IMG/VR virus record: IMGVR_UViG_3300047160_017115 | Coordinates: 1 to 64,000 of that record | Direction: 5' to 3' (one strand) | Length of the DNA: 64,000 nucleotides | From: a virus | Lineage: Duplodnaviria > Caudoviricetes | Shown here: one piece after another, positions 1 to 8,498 of the stretch | Layout: each line of letters starts with the position of its first letter | Position numbering within the stretch: position 1 is the stretch's first letter | Program-made: the position numbers and the translations under genes | The notes under the pieces: generated by a model | Seen by the model: the letters and a program-made list of their open reading frames with translations, nothing else | Told to the model about the DNA's origin: nothing | The model's database searches: none

Positions 1-3
1 CCC

Positions 4-621
4 GTGGCCCCGCCGCCCCCGCCCGTGGAGGTCCCCGCGGCCGTCAAGGCCCTCGTTCCCGGCTCGACCAACGCCGACTGGAGGCAGGAGGTCGATGGGT
101 GGGCGCACAGGGATGCGTGGGGCGCCATCGCGGATTACATCGACGATGACGACAACAGCGGCGACTATTTCAGCCTCGCGCACGGGGTCGTCGTGACCTC
201 CGGGGACGCGTCCATTTCGGACGCGGAAGCGGAAACGGCCGGCCAGTACGACGTCTGCGTGATCTACGGCTCGCGCAACATGGCCGGCGTCGTCGCCGAC
301 AGGATCAAGATCGGCTGCCGGGCCTACTCGCTGGACTACTGGCGTAACCACTACGAGGAGGTCGCCGAGGATCACAACTACACCGAGGACGAGGCCGAGG
401 AGTACAAGACCTACATCGAGGTGCTCGGCAAGGTCTACGGCCTCGACGAGGCCGTGGCCGGCCCCATCCTCCCTGAAGTCCCCCGCGAGGTCCTCGACAA
501 GGTCTCCGGGTCGACCCGCGCTGACTGGGTCAAGCACCCCGGTGGCGGCTACTCCCACAAGAGCGTCGCTATCGACCCCGCGTCGTGGCTCCCCCCCGGG
601 GCCGTACTGACCAACGTCTGA
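4..621 (+). CDS. hypothetical phage protein, probably 5'-truncated by the window
   Basis: 205-aa ORF with phage-like codon usage; internal repeat (LVPGSTNADW / KVSGSTRADW); followed by a 12-bp hairpin. Confidence 0.6.
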   Translation: MAPPPPPVEVPAAVKALVPGSTNADWRQEVDGWAHRDAWGAIADYIDDDDNSGDYFSLAHGVVVTSGDASISDAEAETAGQYDVCVIYGSRNMAGVVADRIKIGCRAYSLDYWRNHYEEVAEDHNYTEDEAEEYKTYIEVLGKVYGLDEAVAGPILPEVPREVLDKVSGSTRADWVKHPGGGYSHKSVAIDPASWLPPGAVLTNV

Positions 622-638
622 CATCGTTCAGGCTCACC

Positions 639-668
639 GCCGGCGCGGCGCCCCGTCGCCGCGCCGGC
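639..668 (+). terminator. perfect 12-bp GC hairpin after stop codon
   Basis: GCCGGCGCGGCG / CGCCGCGCCGGC arms, 6-nt loop, no clear U-tract. Confidence 0.45.
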
Positions 669-696
669 CCCCTTCTCACGAGAGGCTTTTAGACCC

Positions 697-2940
697 TTGA
701 AGATTTGCGATACCCTCCTGCAAACCGAATCCTCGGGAGTCCAGCAGACCACCCAGTTCTCGATCGCCGCCTCGCGAAAGGCCTTCGAGATCCTGTCGTC
801 CGGTCTCTACACGAACAAGTTCCATGCCATCATGCGGGAACTCTCGTGTAACGCGGTCGATGCCCACAACGCCGCGGGGAAGCCCACGCTCCCGTTCGAG
901 ATCCACCTCCCCAACAACAGCGAACCCTACCTCTCCTTCCGCGACTTCGGCGCCGGCCTCTCGCCCGAGCGGATGCTGGACGTCTACATCCGCTACTTCG
1001 TGTCGGACAAGACGGACTCCAACGACTACATCGGGGCGTTCGGCCTGGGCGCCAAGAGCCCCCTGTCGTACGTCGACTCCTTCCAGGTCGTCTCGCGTCA
1101 CGAGGGTAAGCGTCGGACCTACTTCGTCTCCAAGAGCGTCGACGGCATCCCCGAGCTGTCCCTGGTCGAGGAGGCCGATGACCCCGATACCCCTAGCGGC
1201 GTCGAGGTCCAGATCCCCGTCCAGCGCGGGGACTTCTACTCGTTCGAGAACGCCGCGAAGGAGATCCTGCCCCACTTCGAGGTCCACCCCAGGATCGCCG
1301 GCAAGTGGGACTTCGCCCTGACGCGGCCGGAGTACGACGTGCAAACGCCGTCGTGCGGCGTCGTCAAGAAGAGACACTCGGGCTCGTGGGTCAAGCTCGT
1401 GATGGGGGGCGTCGCCTACCCCGTCGACATCAAGGCCGTCTCGGACGACAACAAGGCGCACCCCAAGATCGTCGGCGTCAAGGACCAGAAGTTCGTGATG
1501 CCCGCGGTATTCGACCCCAGCGCCGACAGGTACAGCTACCTCGGCTGGCACATCACACTCTTTGCCGCGATCGGGGACGTCGAGGTCAACGCCAGCCGCG
1601 AGGGCCTCAGCTACACACCCAACACGATCACGAACGTGCGCCGCCTGATCGAGAAGGCACGCGACGAGGTCGTCGAGCACGTCTACAACAAGATCGGCGG
1701 CACGCCCACGCTGTGGGACGCCCGGGTCGAGATGGCGAAGCTCGACGACTACAGCGCCTGGCTCTCCAAGGGTAAGCCCGTGACCTGGCAGGGCCGACCG
1801 GTCGAGCCCAAGCTGCAGTTCAACGACGGCTCCAAGCCCTACCACCTCAAGAACGCCGCCGGACAGGCGGTCCTGGAAGGGGTCTACATGGTGGGGGCGC
1901 TCGACGGCAAGCTCCCCTCTACCCGGTCCGACGTCGGCTACAAGTGGCGCGACAGCACGTGCGACCCGTTCACCGCCTCGACCTGGTTCAAGGCCGTGTT
2001 CGTGGACGACCTGAACGGCAAGCCCGGCAAGTTCGCGCGGTCCCGGCGCTACATCGAAGAAAATCACGGCAGCGGCTGCGGCGGCCTGCTCATTCCTGAG
2101 GAGCTCGCTACCAAGGCGTTCCTCGACGCCTGTGGCTTCGCCCACCTCGTCGTGAAGTGCTCTGCGTGCCCCGAGGCACAGGAGGTCGTCGCCGCGCCGC
2201 GCCAGAAGCGGGAGCGCGTCAAGCTGCGGTCGGTCAGTGAGTACAACTCCTGGGTCAACCACAAGGACGTCGACCCCAGCGCCGGCGGCGTCTTCATCGA
2301 GTGCTGCCGGTTCAAGGTCTACGACGAGCAGAACAAGGACACGAGGAAGCTACGCTCGATCGAGGAGCTTAGGGACGTCTACCACGCGATCGAGGCCTTG
2401 TCGGGGACGAGCCTCCTGCTGTACACCGTGCGCACCGCCGACCGCGAGGGGCTCGTGAAGAAGGGGCCCTGGGTCTCCTTCGACGCCTACGCCCGCAAGC
2501 TCGTGCAGGATCACTCCAAGAAGATGCTGCGCGACCTGTCGCTCAGGATGGCGTACCTCGAGGCCGACAACCCTGACTACCACCACAAGGCGACGCTCGC
2601 GTCCCGGCGTCAGGGGTCGGCGTTCGTCGCGGCCGCTGAGCTCTTCAAGCAGGCGGAGGCGGCGAACAAGAACAAGGCACTCACGGCGTTCGAGCTCCTG
2701 GCGAAGCGCTACGAGCTCCCCAACACGATCCCCAAGCCGGCGCAGGACCTGCTCCAGGCCGACAAGGTCGCTCGTCAACTCTACCCCCTCCTGACGAAGT
2801 CGAACCGGTGGGTTGACATCAAGCCGCACGAGTTCGACGTTTACATCGACCTGGTCGACGCCCAGCAGGGTAACAAGGTCAAGGCGGCCAAGCCTCGCAA
2901 GAAGAAGGCCGCGCTGGTACTGGCCCACGGAGCAGCATAG
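697..2940 (+). CDS. rIIA: rIIA-like protein with N-terminal GHKL (Hsp90-like) ATPase domain
   Basis: EILSSGLYTNK..AIMRELSCNAVDAH, DFGAGL, DYIGAFGLGAKSPLSY motifs as in T4 RIIA-type proteins. Confidence 0.85.
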   Translation: MKICDTLLQTESSGVQQTTQFSIAASRKAFEILSSGLYTNKFHAIMRELSCNAVDAHNAAGKPTLPFEIHLPNNSEPYLSFRDFGAGLSPERMLDVYIRYFVSDKTDSNDYIGAFGLGAKSPLSYVDSFQVVSRHEGKRRTYFVSKSVDGIPELSLVEEADDPDTPSGVEVQIPVQRGDFYSFENAAKEILPHFEVHPRIAGKWDFALTRPEYDVQTPSCGVVKKRHSGSWVKLVMGGVAYPVDIKAVSDDNKAHPKIVGVKDQKFVMPAVFDPSADRYSYLGWHITLFAAIGDVEVNASREGLSYTPNTITNVRRLIEKARDEVVEHVYNKIGGTPTLWDARVEMAKLDDYSAWLSKGKPVTWQGRPVEPKLQFNDGSKPYHLKNAAGQAVLEGVYMVGALDGKLPSTRSDVGYKWRDSTCDPFTASTWFKAVFVDDLNGKPGKFARSRRYIEENHGSGCGGLLIPEELATKAFLDACGFAHLVVKCSACPEAQEVVAAPRQKRERVKLRSVSEYNSWVNHKDVDPSAGGVFIECCRFKVYDEQNKDTRKLRSIEELRDVYHAIEALSGTSLLLYTVRTADREGLVKKGPWVSFDAYARKLVQDHSKKMLRDLSLRMAYLEADNPDYHHKATLASRRQGSAFVAAAELFKQAEAANKNKALTAFELLAKRYELPNTIPKPAQDLLQADKVARQLYPLLTKSNRWVDIKPHEFDVYIDLVDAQQGNKVKAAKPRKKKAALVLAHGAA

Positions 2941-3267
2941 GTGGAAGAACTCGACCAGCGGTTGGCGGCCATCGAGACGTCCTGCGCACGTATCCTCGCC
3001 CTCCTCCAGGGGGGCGGGGGCCCGCCCCCTACCGGGGACCTGTACACGCCCGCGGAGGCCGCCCGCCTCCTGAGGCGCTCGACCTGGACGATCAGGGAGT
3101 GGTGCCGTACCGGTAAGGTCCGGGCCCTGCGCACGGGGTTCACGAGAGGTAAGGCCCACGAGTGGGCCATTCCAGCCGCTGAGGTCGAGAAGCTCCTCGC
3201 GATCGGCGTCGTCAAGGAAAATCAGGGCCCCACAGGGGCTGACACGCTACAGGACACGAAAAACTGA
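2941..3267 (+). CDS. helix-turn-helix (excisionase/HTH_17-like) DNA-binding protein
   Basis: LYTPAEAARLLRRSTWTIREWCRTGKVRA...WAIPAAEVEKLL pattern. Confidence 0.8.
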   Translation: MEELDQRLAAIETSCARILALLQGGGGPPPTGDLYTPAEAARLLRRSTWTIREWCRTGKVRALRTGFTRGKAHEWAIPAAEVEKLLAIGVVKENQGPTGADTLQDTKN

Positions 3268-3271
3268 GCCT

Positions 3272-3463
3272 ATGAATATGGTCTGCCCCGGTTGCCGAGC
3301 GCGTATGAAGCTCACCATAGACAACCGGTTCCCGACTCACGGCTGCGACACCGAGACGCGTCAGTACTGTTCCTGGTCCGGGAGGGTCGCGGTCGATTTC
3401 AAGAATAAGAGGTTTCCCGCCCGCGAGGCCCACAAGGCCCTGAAGGCGAGCGAGAAGAAGTAG
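3272..3463 (+). CDS. small Cys-rich (zinc-ribbon-like) protein
   Basis: 63 aa, CPGC near N-terminus and two further Cys; in + strand gene string. Confidence 0.55.
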   Translation: MNMVCPGCRARMKLTIDNRFPTHGCDTETRQYCSWSGRVAVDFKNKRFPAREAHKALKASEKK

Positions 3464-3473
3464 GAGACACGAC

Positions 3474-3510
3474 CCCTCCCCGGCCGCGTGGCCGGGGAGG
3501 GTTTGTCGTT
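3474..3510 (+). terminator. Rho-independent terminator-like hairpin
   Basis: CCCTCCCCGGCC-gcgt-GGCCGGGGAGGG followed by TTTGTCGTTT. Confidence 0.6.
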
Positions 3511-3543
3511 TCATGCCCTCCCGGGGGCTTCGTACCCGAAGAA
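3511..3543 (+). repeat. dispersed 33-bp hairpin repeat, copy 1 (solitary)
   Basis: TCATGCCCTCCCGGGGGCTTCGTACCCGAAGAA, preceded by GTT; runs into RBS AAGGAG of GTG at 3555. Confidence 0.95.
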
Positions 3544-3554
3544 GGAGTCCTACG

Positions 3555-3773
3555 GTGAGTGGTAATTACGTCCAAGCCCTGGTGACAGGCGTCGAGACCC
3601 TGTACGCACCAGCACCATTAGGCGTCTGGCTCGTAGAGCTTAGGTTTGCCGGCCGAGGTTTCTTGCGCCTGTCCCATACGGACCTCAGGGCCCCCGAGGT
3701 CGGGGAGACCTGGCTCCTGACTGAACCGCAGCTCGTTAGCCGCTACAAGAATTTCCCGAAACCGGTTTTGTGA
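3555..3773 (+). CDS. small hypothetical protein
   Basis: GTG start with AAGGAG RBS; stop overlaps start of next gene. Confidence 0.55.
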   Translation: MSGNYVQALVTGVETLYAPAPLGVWLVELRFAGRGFLRLSHTDLRAPEVGETWLLTEPQLVSRYKNFPKPVL

Positions 3774-4891
3774 GCACGAGAGACACCTTGAACACACGAG
3801 AGAAGCTACAGACGGCCCGGCGCGAGATGTCCGAGGCCCTGATCGAACGCGACGACGAGATCGACCTGCTCCTCACGGCCCTGGTCGCACAGGAGAGCCT
3901 GCTCCTGGTGGGCCCCCCGGGGACGGGCAAGTCCCTGCTGTGCAAGACGCTGGCCCAGCTCATGGACGCCAGGCCCTTCGTACGGCTGCTCACGAAGTTC
4001 ACGACGCCCGACGAGATCTTCGGCCCCATTGCCATTTCCCATCTCGTCAAGGAAGACCGTTACCGCCGGGTCACTACCGGCAAACTGCCCGAGGCCGAGG
4101 TCGCGTTCCTGGACGAGATCTGGAAGGCCAGCTCGGCGATCCTGAACACCCTGCTCACGATCCTCAACGAGCGCGAGTTCGAGAACGAGGGCGAGATCGT
4201 CAAGGTCCCGCTGCGCCTGTTCGTGGCGGCCTCCAACGAGTGGCCTCCCCCCGAGACGGGGAAGGAGCTCGGCGCCCTCATGGACCGGTTCCTGATCCGC
4301 AAGGTGGTACGGCCGGTAGCGACCATCGAGGGCCGGCGTCGCCTCCTCTGGGGGCGCGACCACACCCCTAAACTGTCGGTCAGGCTCACCCCTGAGGAGC
4401 TCGACGAGGCCTCCGCCGCGGCGGCCGCCTTGCCGTGGTCGGACGGTGCCATAACGGCCATGGAGAACGTCCTGACGACCCTCCAGGAAGAGGGCGTGCC
4501 GGTGGGCGACCGTCGGCAGTACAAGGCCGTCGGTGTCGCCCAGGCGGCCGCGTACCTCGAAGGCGCCAAACAGGTCGAGACCGACCACTTCGGCGTCCTG
4601 GCCCACGTCCTCTGGGACGACCCCGTCGAGCAGCCCTCGATCGCGGAGTCGACGATCGTCCGGGTGGCGTCCCCCGCCCCTGTGAAGATCAACAAGCTCC
4701 TGCTCGAGGCCGAGGAGATCGCCGCGAAGACGAACGGGTCCGACCTCGTCGCGGCCAACGCCGCCAAGAAGAAGCTGAACGAGATCCTCGACCTGCTCCT
4801 GGTGTACAAGGGCAACGCCAAGGCCGAGCGAGCGTGGAAGGCGGTCCAGGAGAAGAAGAGCCGCCTCCTCGAGGCCGCCTTCGAGAAATGA
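3770..4891 (+). CDS. MoxR/RavA-family AAA+ ATPase
   Basis: Walker A GPPGTGKS, FTTPDEIFGP, Walker B FLDEIWKASSAILNTLLTILNER, ASNE, ALMDRF. Confidence 0.93.
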   Translation: MSTRDTLNTREKLQTARREMSEALIERDDEIDLLLTALVAQESLLLVGPPGTGKSLLCKTLAQLMDARPFVRLLTKFTTPDEIFGPIAISHLVKEDRYRRVTTGKLPEAEVAFLDEIWKASSAILNTLLTILNEREFENEGEIVKVPLRLFVAASNEWPPPETGKELGALMDRFLIRKVVRPVATIEGRRRLLWGRDHTPKLSVRLTPEELDEASAAAAALPWSDGAITAMENVLTTLQEEGVPVGDRRQYKAVGVAQAAAYLEGAKQVETDHFGVLAHVLWDDPVEQPSIAESTIVRVASPAPVKINKLLLEAEEIAAKTNGSDLVAANAAKKKLNEILDLLLVYKGNAKAERAWKAVQEKKSRLLEAAFEK

Positions 4892-5332
4892 ATGGAGACA
4901 TCGATGAGTCTCGAAAGCCCCAAGTACGCGGCGCGCGTGATGTATCGCTTCGCGGCCGTGATCAAGCCTTACGGTCCGACGGCCGGGCACAAAGGGAGCA
5001 TCGACTGGTCACTTCCCAGGGACGCGCAGTTTTGCTTTCTGGCCCCCAACGTCGACTCGGCCTACAACAAACTGCGCCATCTGTTCAAGCCGGAGGACCC
5101 CAGGCCGCTCCACGGCTACAAGCGCCTTGAGTTGGCCTACGACCGCGTCAGTGCCGACCCGCGCGACGTCTTCCTCGTCTTCGACAGCCGGGGAAGTCGC
5201 GTGGTCGCCGCTCTCAACGAGGAGGAGGCCTTTAAGTGTGTGGGGCGGGGTTGGAGTTCCAGGATCGACAGGATCGGGCCCTACGAGCCCCCTGACGGGG
5301 TCGTCGACACGAAACCGTTTTTGATCTCCTGA
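4892..5332 (+). CDS. hypothetical protein, paralog 1 of tandem triplet A
   Basis: shares PYGP...KG, AYxKLRxLFxPED, DPRDVF and PPDGVVDTKP with 5516 and 6065 ORFs. Confidence 0.8.
   Translation: METSMSLESPKYAARVMYRFAAVIKPYGPTAGHKGSIDWSLPRDAQFCFLAPNVDSAYNKLRHLFKPEDPRPLHGYKRLELAYDRVSADPRDVFLVFDSRGSRVVAALNEEEAFKCVGRGWSSRIDRIGPYEPPDGVVDTKPFLIS
5310..5322 (-). promoter_or_regulatory. 13-bp motif RAAAACGGTTTYG
   Basis: reverse complement AAAAACGGTTTCG; function unknown. Confidence 0.6.
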
Positions 5333-5340
5333 TCGTCGTT

Positions 5341-5503
5341 TCATGCCCTCCCGGGGGCTTCGTACCCGGAGACTGATCTCTTGAACGACCTGCGGGCCCT
5401 AAACCTCAAGCCTTCCCGGGGGCTTCGTACCCGGAGACCCGGTCCCTCGTGATCGCCGGAAAGTATCCCATCACACCCTCCCGAGGGCTTCGTACCCAGA
5501 GTC
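5341..5503 (+). repeat. CRISPR-like mini-array of three 33-bp hairpin repeats (copies 2-4) with two 32-nt unique spacers
   Basis: repeats at 5341-5373, 5406-5438, 5471-5503; exact 65-nt period; third copy degenerate. Confidence 0.9.
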
Positions 5504-5515
5504 AGAAAGGTACAC

Positions 5516-5995
5516 ATGTCAGCAAGTACTGAGGTCACCACCCCGGCTGGCAAACGCCTGGCCTTCGACTACGAGGTCGGTATCGCCCCCTACGGCCCGA
5601 GGGCCAAGTACAAGGGGCGCATCAGTTACCCGTTCAATAGCCGCCCCGTTTTCAAGTTCAGGGCCGAGAACGGCTTCACGGCGTACAGCAAGCTCCGCGC
5701 ACTGTTCCGTCCGGAGGACGGTAGGGAGCTCGCTAAAGGCCACTACCTGAACATCCCCAAGTTTTACTGCAAAAAGGTAGAGGTTGACCGCCGCGACATC
5801 TTCGTCGTCGGGGTGTGGCACAGGCTCATCGTGGCCGCGCTCAACGTGGAGGACGCGGTGCAGGCTGCCCAGCGTCACATAAAGGCCTACGACCTCGCGC
5901 CCCTCGAGTCGCCTGCCCAGACCGTCGTCGTGGGCAACTATCGCCCACCGGACGGCGTCATCGGCGACAAGGCAGTGCTCCTCCAGTGGCCGTAA
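5516..5995 (+). CDS. hypothetical protein, paralog 2 of triplet A
   Basis: YEVGIAPYGP..KYKG, AYSKLRALFRPED, RRDIFVV, PPDGVIGDK; RBS AGAAAGG. Confidence 0.8.
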   Translation: MSASTEVTTPAGKRLAFDYEVGIAPYGPRAKYKGRISYPFNSRPVFKFRAENGFTAYSKLRALFRPEDGRELAKGHYLNIPKFYCKKVEVDRRDIFVVGVWHRLIVAALNVEDAVQAAQRHIKAYDLAPLESPAQTVVVGNYRPPDGVIGDKAVLLQWP

Positions 5996-6064
5996 CCAAC
6001 TACAGAGGTCCGCTCTAGGGTTGGGCATGTCAGCCGACAACTAGCCTCAGACCAGGAGATTCTC

Positions 6065-6568
6065 GTGGGTTATTTCTACCCACCCGAGATGCGCCTACTG
6101 ACCGAAGATCAAATGCGCGGCATCGGGGCCGACACTCGCAGGTGCTACGAGTACGAGGTCGGCATCGTCGCGCACAAACCGGACGCCATGTTCAAGGGCG
6201 CCATCAGGCGGTACAGGCTCGGGCTAGAGCATTTCAAGTTCAGGGCCCCTAACTACATCACGGCCTACAGTACCCTTCGAAGGCTCTACCTACCCGACGA
6301 CCCCAGGCCGTTACGGGGCGGTAAGGACCTGCCGTACTACGCCGACGAGGTCGCCGCCGACCCGCGCGACGTCTTCGTTGTCTGTAATGTCAGGACGTAC
6401 ACGGTCGCCGCCTTAACCTTGGAAGAGGCGGAAGCCGCTGCGCTCGCTCGTTATAAGTACGTGGCGATGACCGCCGATCCCTACTGGCGAGCGCATTCCC
6501 AGGTCACTCGAGTGGGGCCCTTCGAGCCCCCAGACGGCGTCGTCGACACGAAACCCCTGGTACTCTGA
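6065..6568 (+). CDS. hypothetical protein, paralog 3 of triplet A
   Basis: YEVGIV...FKG, AYSTLRRLYLPDDPRPL, DPRDVFVV, PPDGVVDTKP; RBS AGGAG. Confidence 0.8.
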   Translation: MGYFYPPEMRLLTEDQMRGIGADTRRCYEYEVGIVAHKPDAMFKGAIRRYRLGLEHFKFRAPNYITAYSTLRRLYLPDDPRPLRGGKDLPYYADEVAADPRDVFVVCNVRTYTVAALTLEEAEAAALARYKYVAMTADPYWRAHSQVTRVGPFEPPDGVVDTKPLVL

Positions 6569-6575
6569 GGATCGA

Positions 6576-6809
6576 ATGAGACAACTGCGATACCTGTTCC
6601 GCCCGAGGTTTGCCTTGACGCCTCTAGTCGTTACCAAGGACCGGTGTCAATTTCCCGAGACCGGCAGCTCCACGATCTACAAGAACGTCTACGTCTTCGG
6701 CCTCCGGGTGTATACGAGCCGCGACGCGTACAGAGACCACTGTATACCTCGTACCCATGGGGAGACCGTCTCCTGGCTCGACGACGCTGAGGAGTCCGCC
6801 GGGGATTAG
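6576..6809 (+). CDS. small hypothetical protein
   Basis: 77-aa ORF converging on the integrase with 4-nt overlap. Confidence 0.5.
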   Translation: MRQLRYLFRPRFALTPLVVTKDRCQFPETGSSTIYKNVYVFGLRVYTSRDAYRDHCIPRTHGETVSWLDDAEESAGD

Positions 6810-8008
6810 CCGGTACCGAAGACCCTGTGGAGCTCGCCCCGGGCCTGGCCGGGGATCAGGTGGCGGTACCGGCGGACCATCTCTTCCGTCTGATGGCCCA
6901 TCCACTCGTTGATCAGTCGCTGGTCGACCCCGGCCGCGGCGCAGTTTGACGCGAACGAGTGGCGCAGGACGTGCCACCCCGCCATCACCCTCCACCGCGA
7001 CCCCGCGACGGCCCGGCCGAAGTGGTGGTTGCTCCCGTCCACCGTGACAGGGTCGAGCGTCTTGTCACAGAACAGGTACGGGCCGCCCGGGTGCCGGCCT
7101 AGCCAGTCGTCCAGCACCCCGGCCAGGAACGGAGACACGGGGACCACCCGCGTGGTCCTCTTCGCCTTGTTCTTCTTCAGCTCCCGGATGAGAAACGTCC
7201 CCGTCGCGTGCTCGTAATCCGTCTTGTGTGCGCGGAGCATCTCGCTCCGGCGCATCCCCGTGTGCGCCGCCAGGCAGAACATGGGGTAGACCCAGCCCTT
7301 CCTGTCGTAGGTCGCGACGTGCCCCAGGAGCTCCGCGACCTCCGGCAGGGTCAGGAACAGACAGGCCCAGAGCTCGGCCGCCTTCTTCGAAGAGAGGCCC
7401 GCCGTCTTCTTGACGAGCGCGTCGTAGGTCGCGAAGGGCGTCTTCTCGGTGCCTTTCGGATAAACCAAGCCACGCGACGGGAACTCACCGCTGAGCCCCC
7501 CGTCCCCCACAGCCCAGGTCCACGCGGCCCCGAAGGTGGTGATCTCCTTCTTGGTCGTGACCGGCGACACCTTCCGCCCGTAGCGTCCCGTCTGGGCGGA
7601 GCGTCGCGTGACGTGACGCTGGAGATCGGCCCGCGAGAGCGACGCGACCGCGAAGGACGCCCCCAGCGTTGCCGTCAGGTGCCTCTCGTGCGTCGCGATG
7701 GTGTCGAGGGAGTTGGCCTCCAGCGACGCCTTCAGCGAGTCACGGTACTGCTGGAACAACTGCGAGAGAGTGAGAGGGGCGACTGTGGCCAGGCCGGCAG
7801 CCCCTCCCGAGAGCAGGAACAACGGCAGGTCGACCCCCTCCGGGGCCACGAGCCGACCGGTCTCCAGGTCGTGGAGGTTGGCCTCGACGCGCGAGCGGAG
7901 GGCCTCCGCCTCCCGTTGCGTGCACTTACCGAGGGTGCGCTGGTACTTGCGGCCGGCGAAATAGAAGACGATCCGGTAGGTGTTCCCCCGTCTAGCGACT
8001 GACGCCAT
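6806..8008 (-). CDS. tyrosine recombinase / phage integrase
   Basis: catalytic motifs HTGMRRSE, HVLRHSF, GHQT...YRH; N-terminal arm-binding-like region; start placed at ATG 8008 (ORF open to 8020). Confidence 0.95.
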   Translation of the reverse strand: MASVARRGNTYRIVFYFAGRKYQRTLGKCTQREAEALRSRVEANLHDLETGRLVAPEGVDLPLFLLSGGAAGLATVAPLTLSQLFQQYRDSLKASLEANSLDTIATHERHLTATLGASFAVASLSRADLQRHVTRRSAQTGRYGRKVSPVTTKKEITTFGAAWTWAVGDGGLSGEFPSRGLVYPKGTEKTPFATYDALVKKTAGLSSKKAAELWACLFLTLPEVAELLGHVATYDRKGWVYPMFCLAAHTGMRRSEMLRAHKTDYEHATGTFLIRELKKNKAKRTTRVVPVSPFLAGVLDDWLGRHPGGPYLFCDKTLDPVTVDGSNHHFGRAVAGSRWRVMAGWHVLRHSFASNCAAAGVDQRLINEWMGHQTEEMVRRYRHLIPGQARGELHRVFGTG

Positions 8009-8079
8009 GACGACCTCCAACGCGACCCAACACCACCCAACAAATATCCGTTTTGTATCCAGTCGCCGCCCCTTCGAAC

Positions 8080-8118
8080 AAAAAAAGCGGTCACGGCTTT
8101 CGACGTAACCGCTTTCCC
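8080..8118 (-). terminator. Rho-independent terminator downstream of the tRNA fragment
   Basis: minus strand AAAGCGGTTACG...CGTGACCGCTTTTTTT. Confidence 0.7.
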
Positions 8119-8124
8119 TGTAAG

Positions 8125-8184
8125 TGCCGGAGACAGGACTTGAACCTGCACGGGCATGGTTAGCCCACTAGCCCCTCAAGCTAG
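8125..8184 (-). tRNA. 3' 60-nt fragment of tRNA-Leu(GAG), att core, not a complete tRNA
   Basis: minus strand CTAGC-TTGAGGG-GCTAG anticodon arm, long variable arm, GCAGG-TTCAAGT-CCTGT T-arm, CTCCGGCA acceptor 3' strand; no D-arm or 5' acceptor strand upstream. Confidence 0.88.
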
Positions 8185-8498
8185 ACGAGGGGGTGTTGGG
8201 CCGTATTGCCCTGCGTCGGTTCGCGTGGCGGAAAGAGCGGCGCGGTTTCGACTAGCGGCGATTGCCGTGTTGGGTCGTGTTGTACCGTGTTGGGCCGCGT
8301 GGGTCAACACACGTATCCAGTTTGTATCCACCCCGCAGGTCGACGGACGACGGCGTGGGCTGGCGGCGCTCGTGAACGGCGGGTTATACCGCCGCCCCGG
8401 TCTCGAACTCTAACGGAGGGTCGCGACCTGCCCGCCATGATCCAGGAGACCATCGAGGCCGAGGCAACGATCCGCAACCACTTACCGGGAGGAGATCC

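Larger units (their letters stand above)
8021..8335. mobile_element. attP-like region: tRNA-Leu core flanked on both sides by repeated arm-type sites
   Basis: direct repeat TATCCGTTTTGTATCCA (about 8044-8060) and TATCCAGTTTGTATCCA (about 8314-8330) bracket the tRNA fragment; located just upstream of int. Confidence 0.75.

Noticed and set aside
676-2262. Long antisense ORFs (e.g. 676-2262, 3806-4990, 11229-12713, 22554-23912, 44963-46483, 47186-48682, 53847-55838)
   Set aside because: Shadow ORFs opposite well-supported genes; expected from stop-codon scarcity in GC-rich, codon-biased DNA; no motifs
5341-5503. Canonical CRISPR-Cas locus
   Set aside because: Only three imperfect repeats, no leader recognised, no cas1/cas2/cas3/cas6 in the window, and identical repeats occur singly elsewhere; reported as CRISPR-like only
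8126-8134. CCGGAGAC shared between the tRNA fragment and the 33-bp repeat 3' end
   Set aside because: Only 8 nt in GC-rich DNA; compatible with chance
8125-8184. Complete functional tRNA-Leu gene
   Set aside because: No 5' acceptor strand or D-arm upstream on the minus strand; it is an att core fragment
8190-8305. 5-nt-periodic GGY-NN guide array or TIGR-type array
   Set aside because: The periodicity is 10 bp (CGTGTTG) and does not fit GGY-NN; better explained as att-arm protein-binding sites. No such array was seen by eye in other gaps
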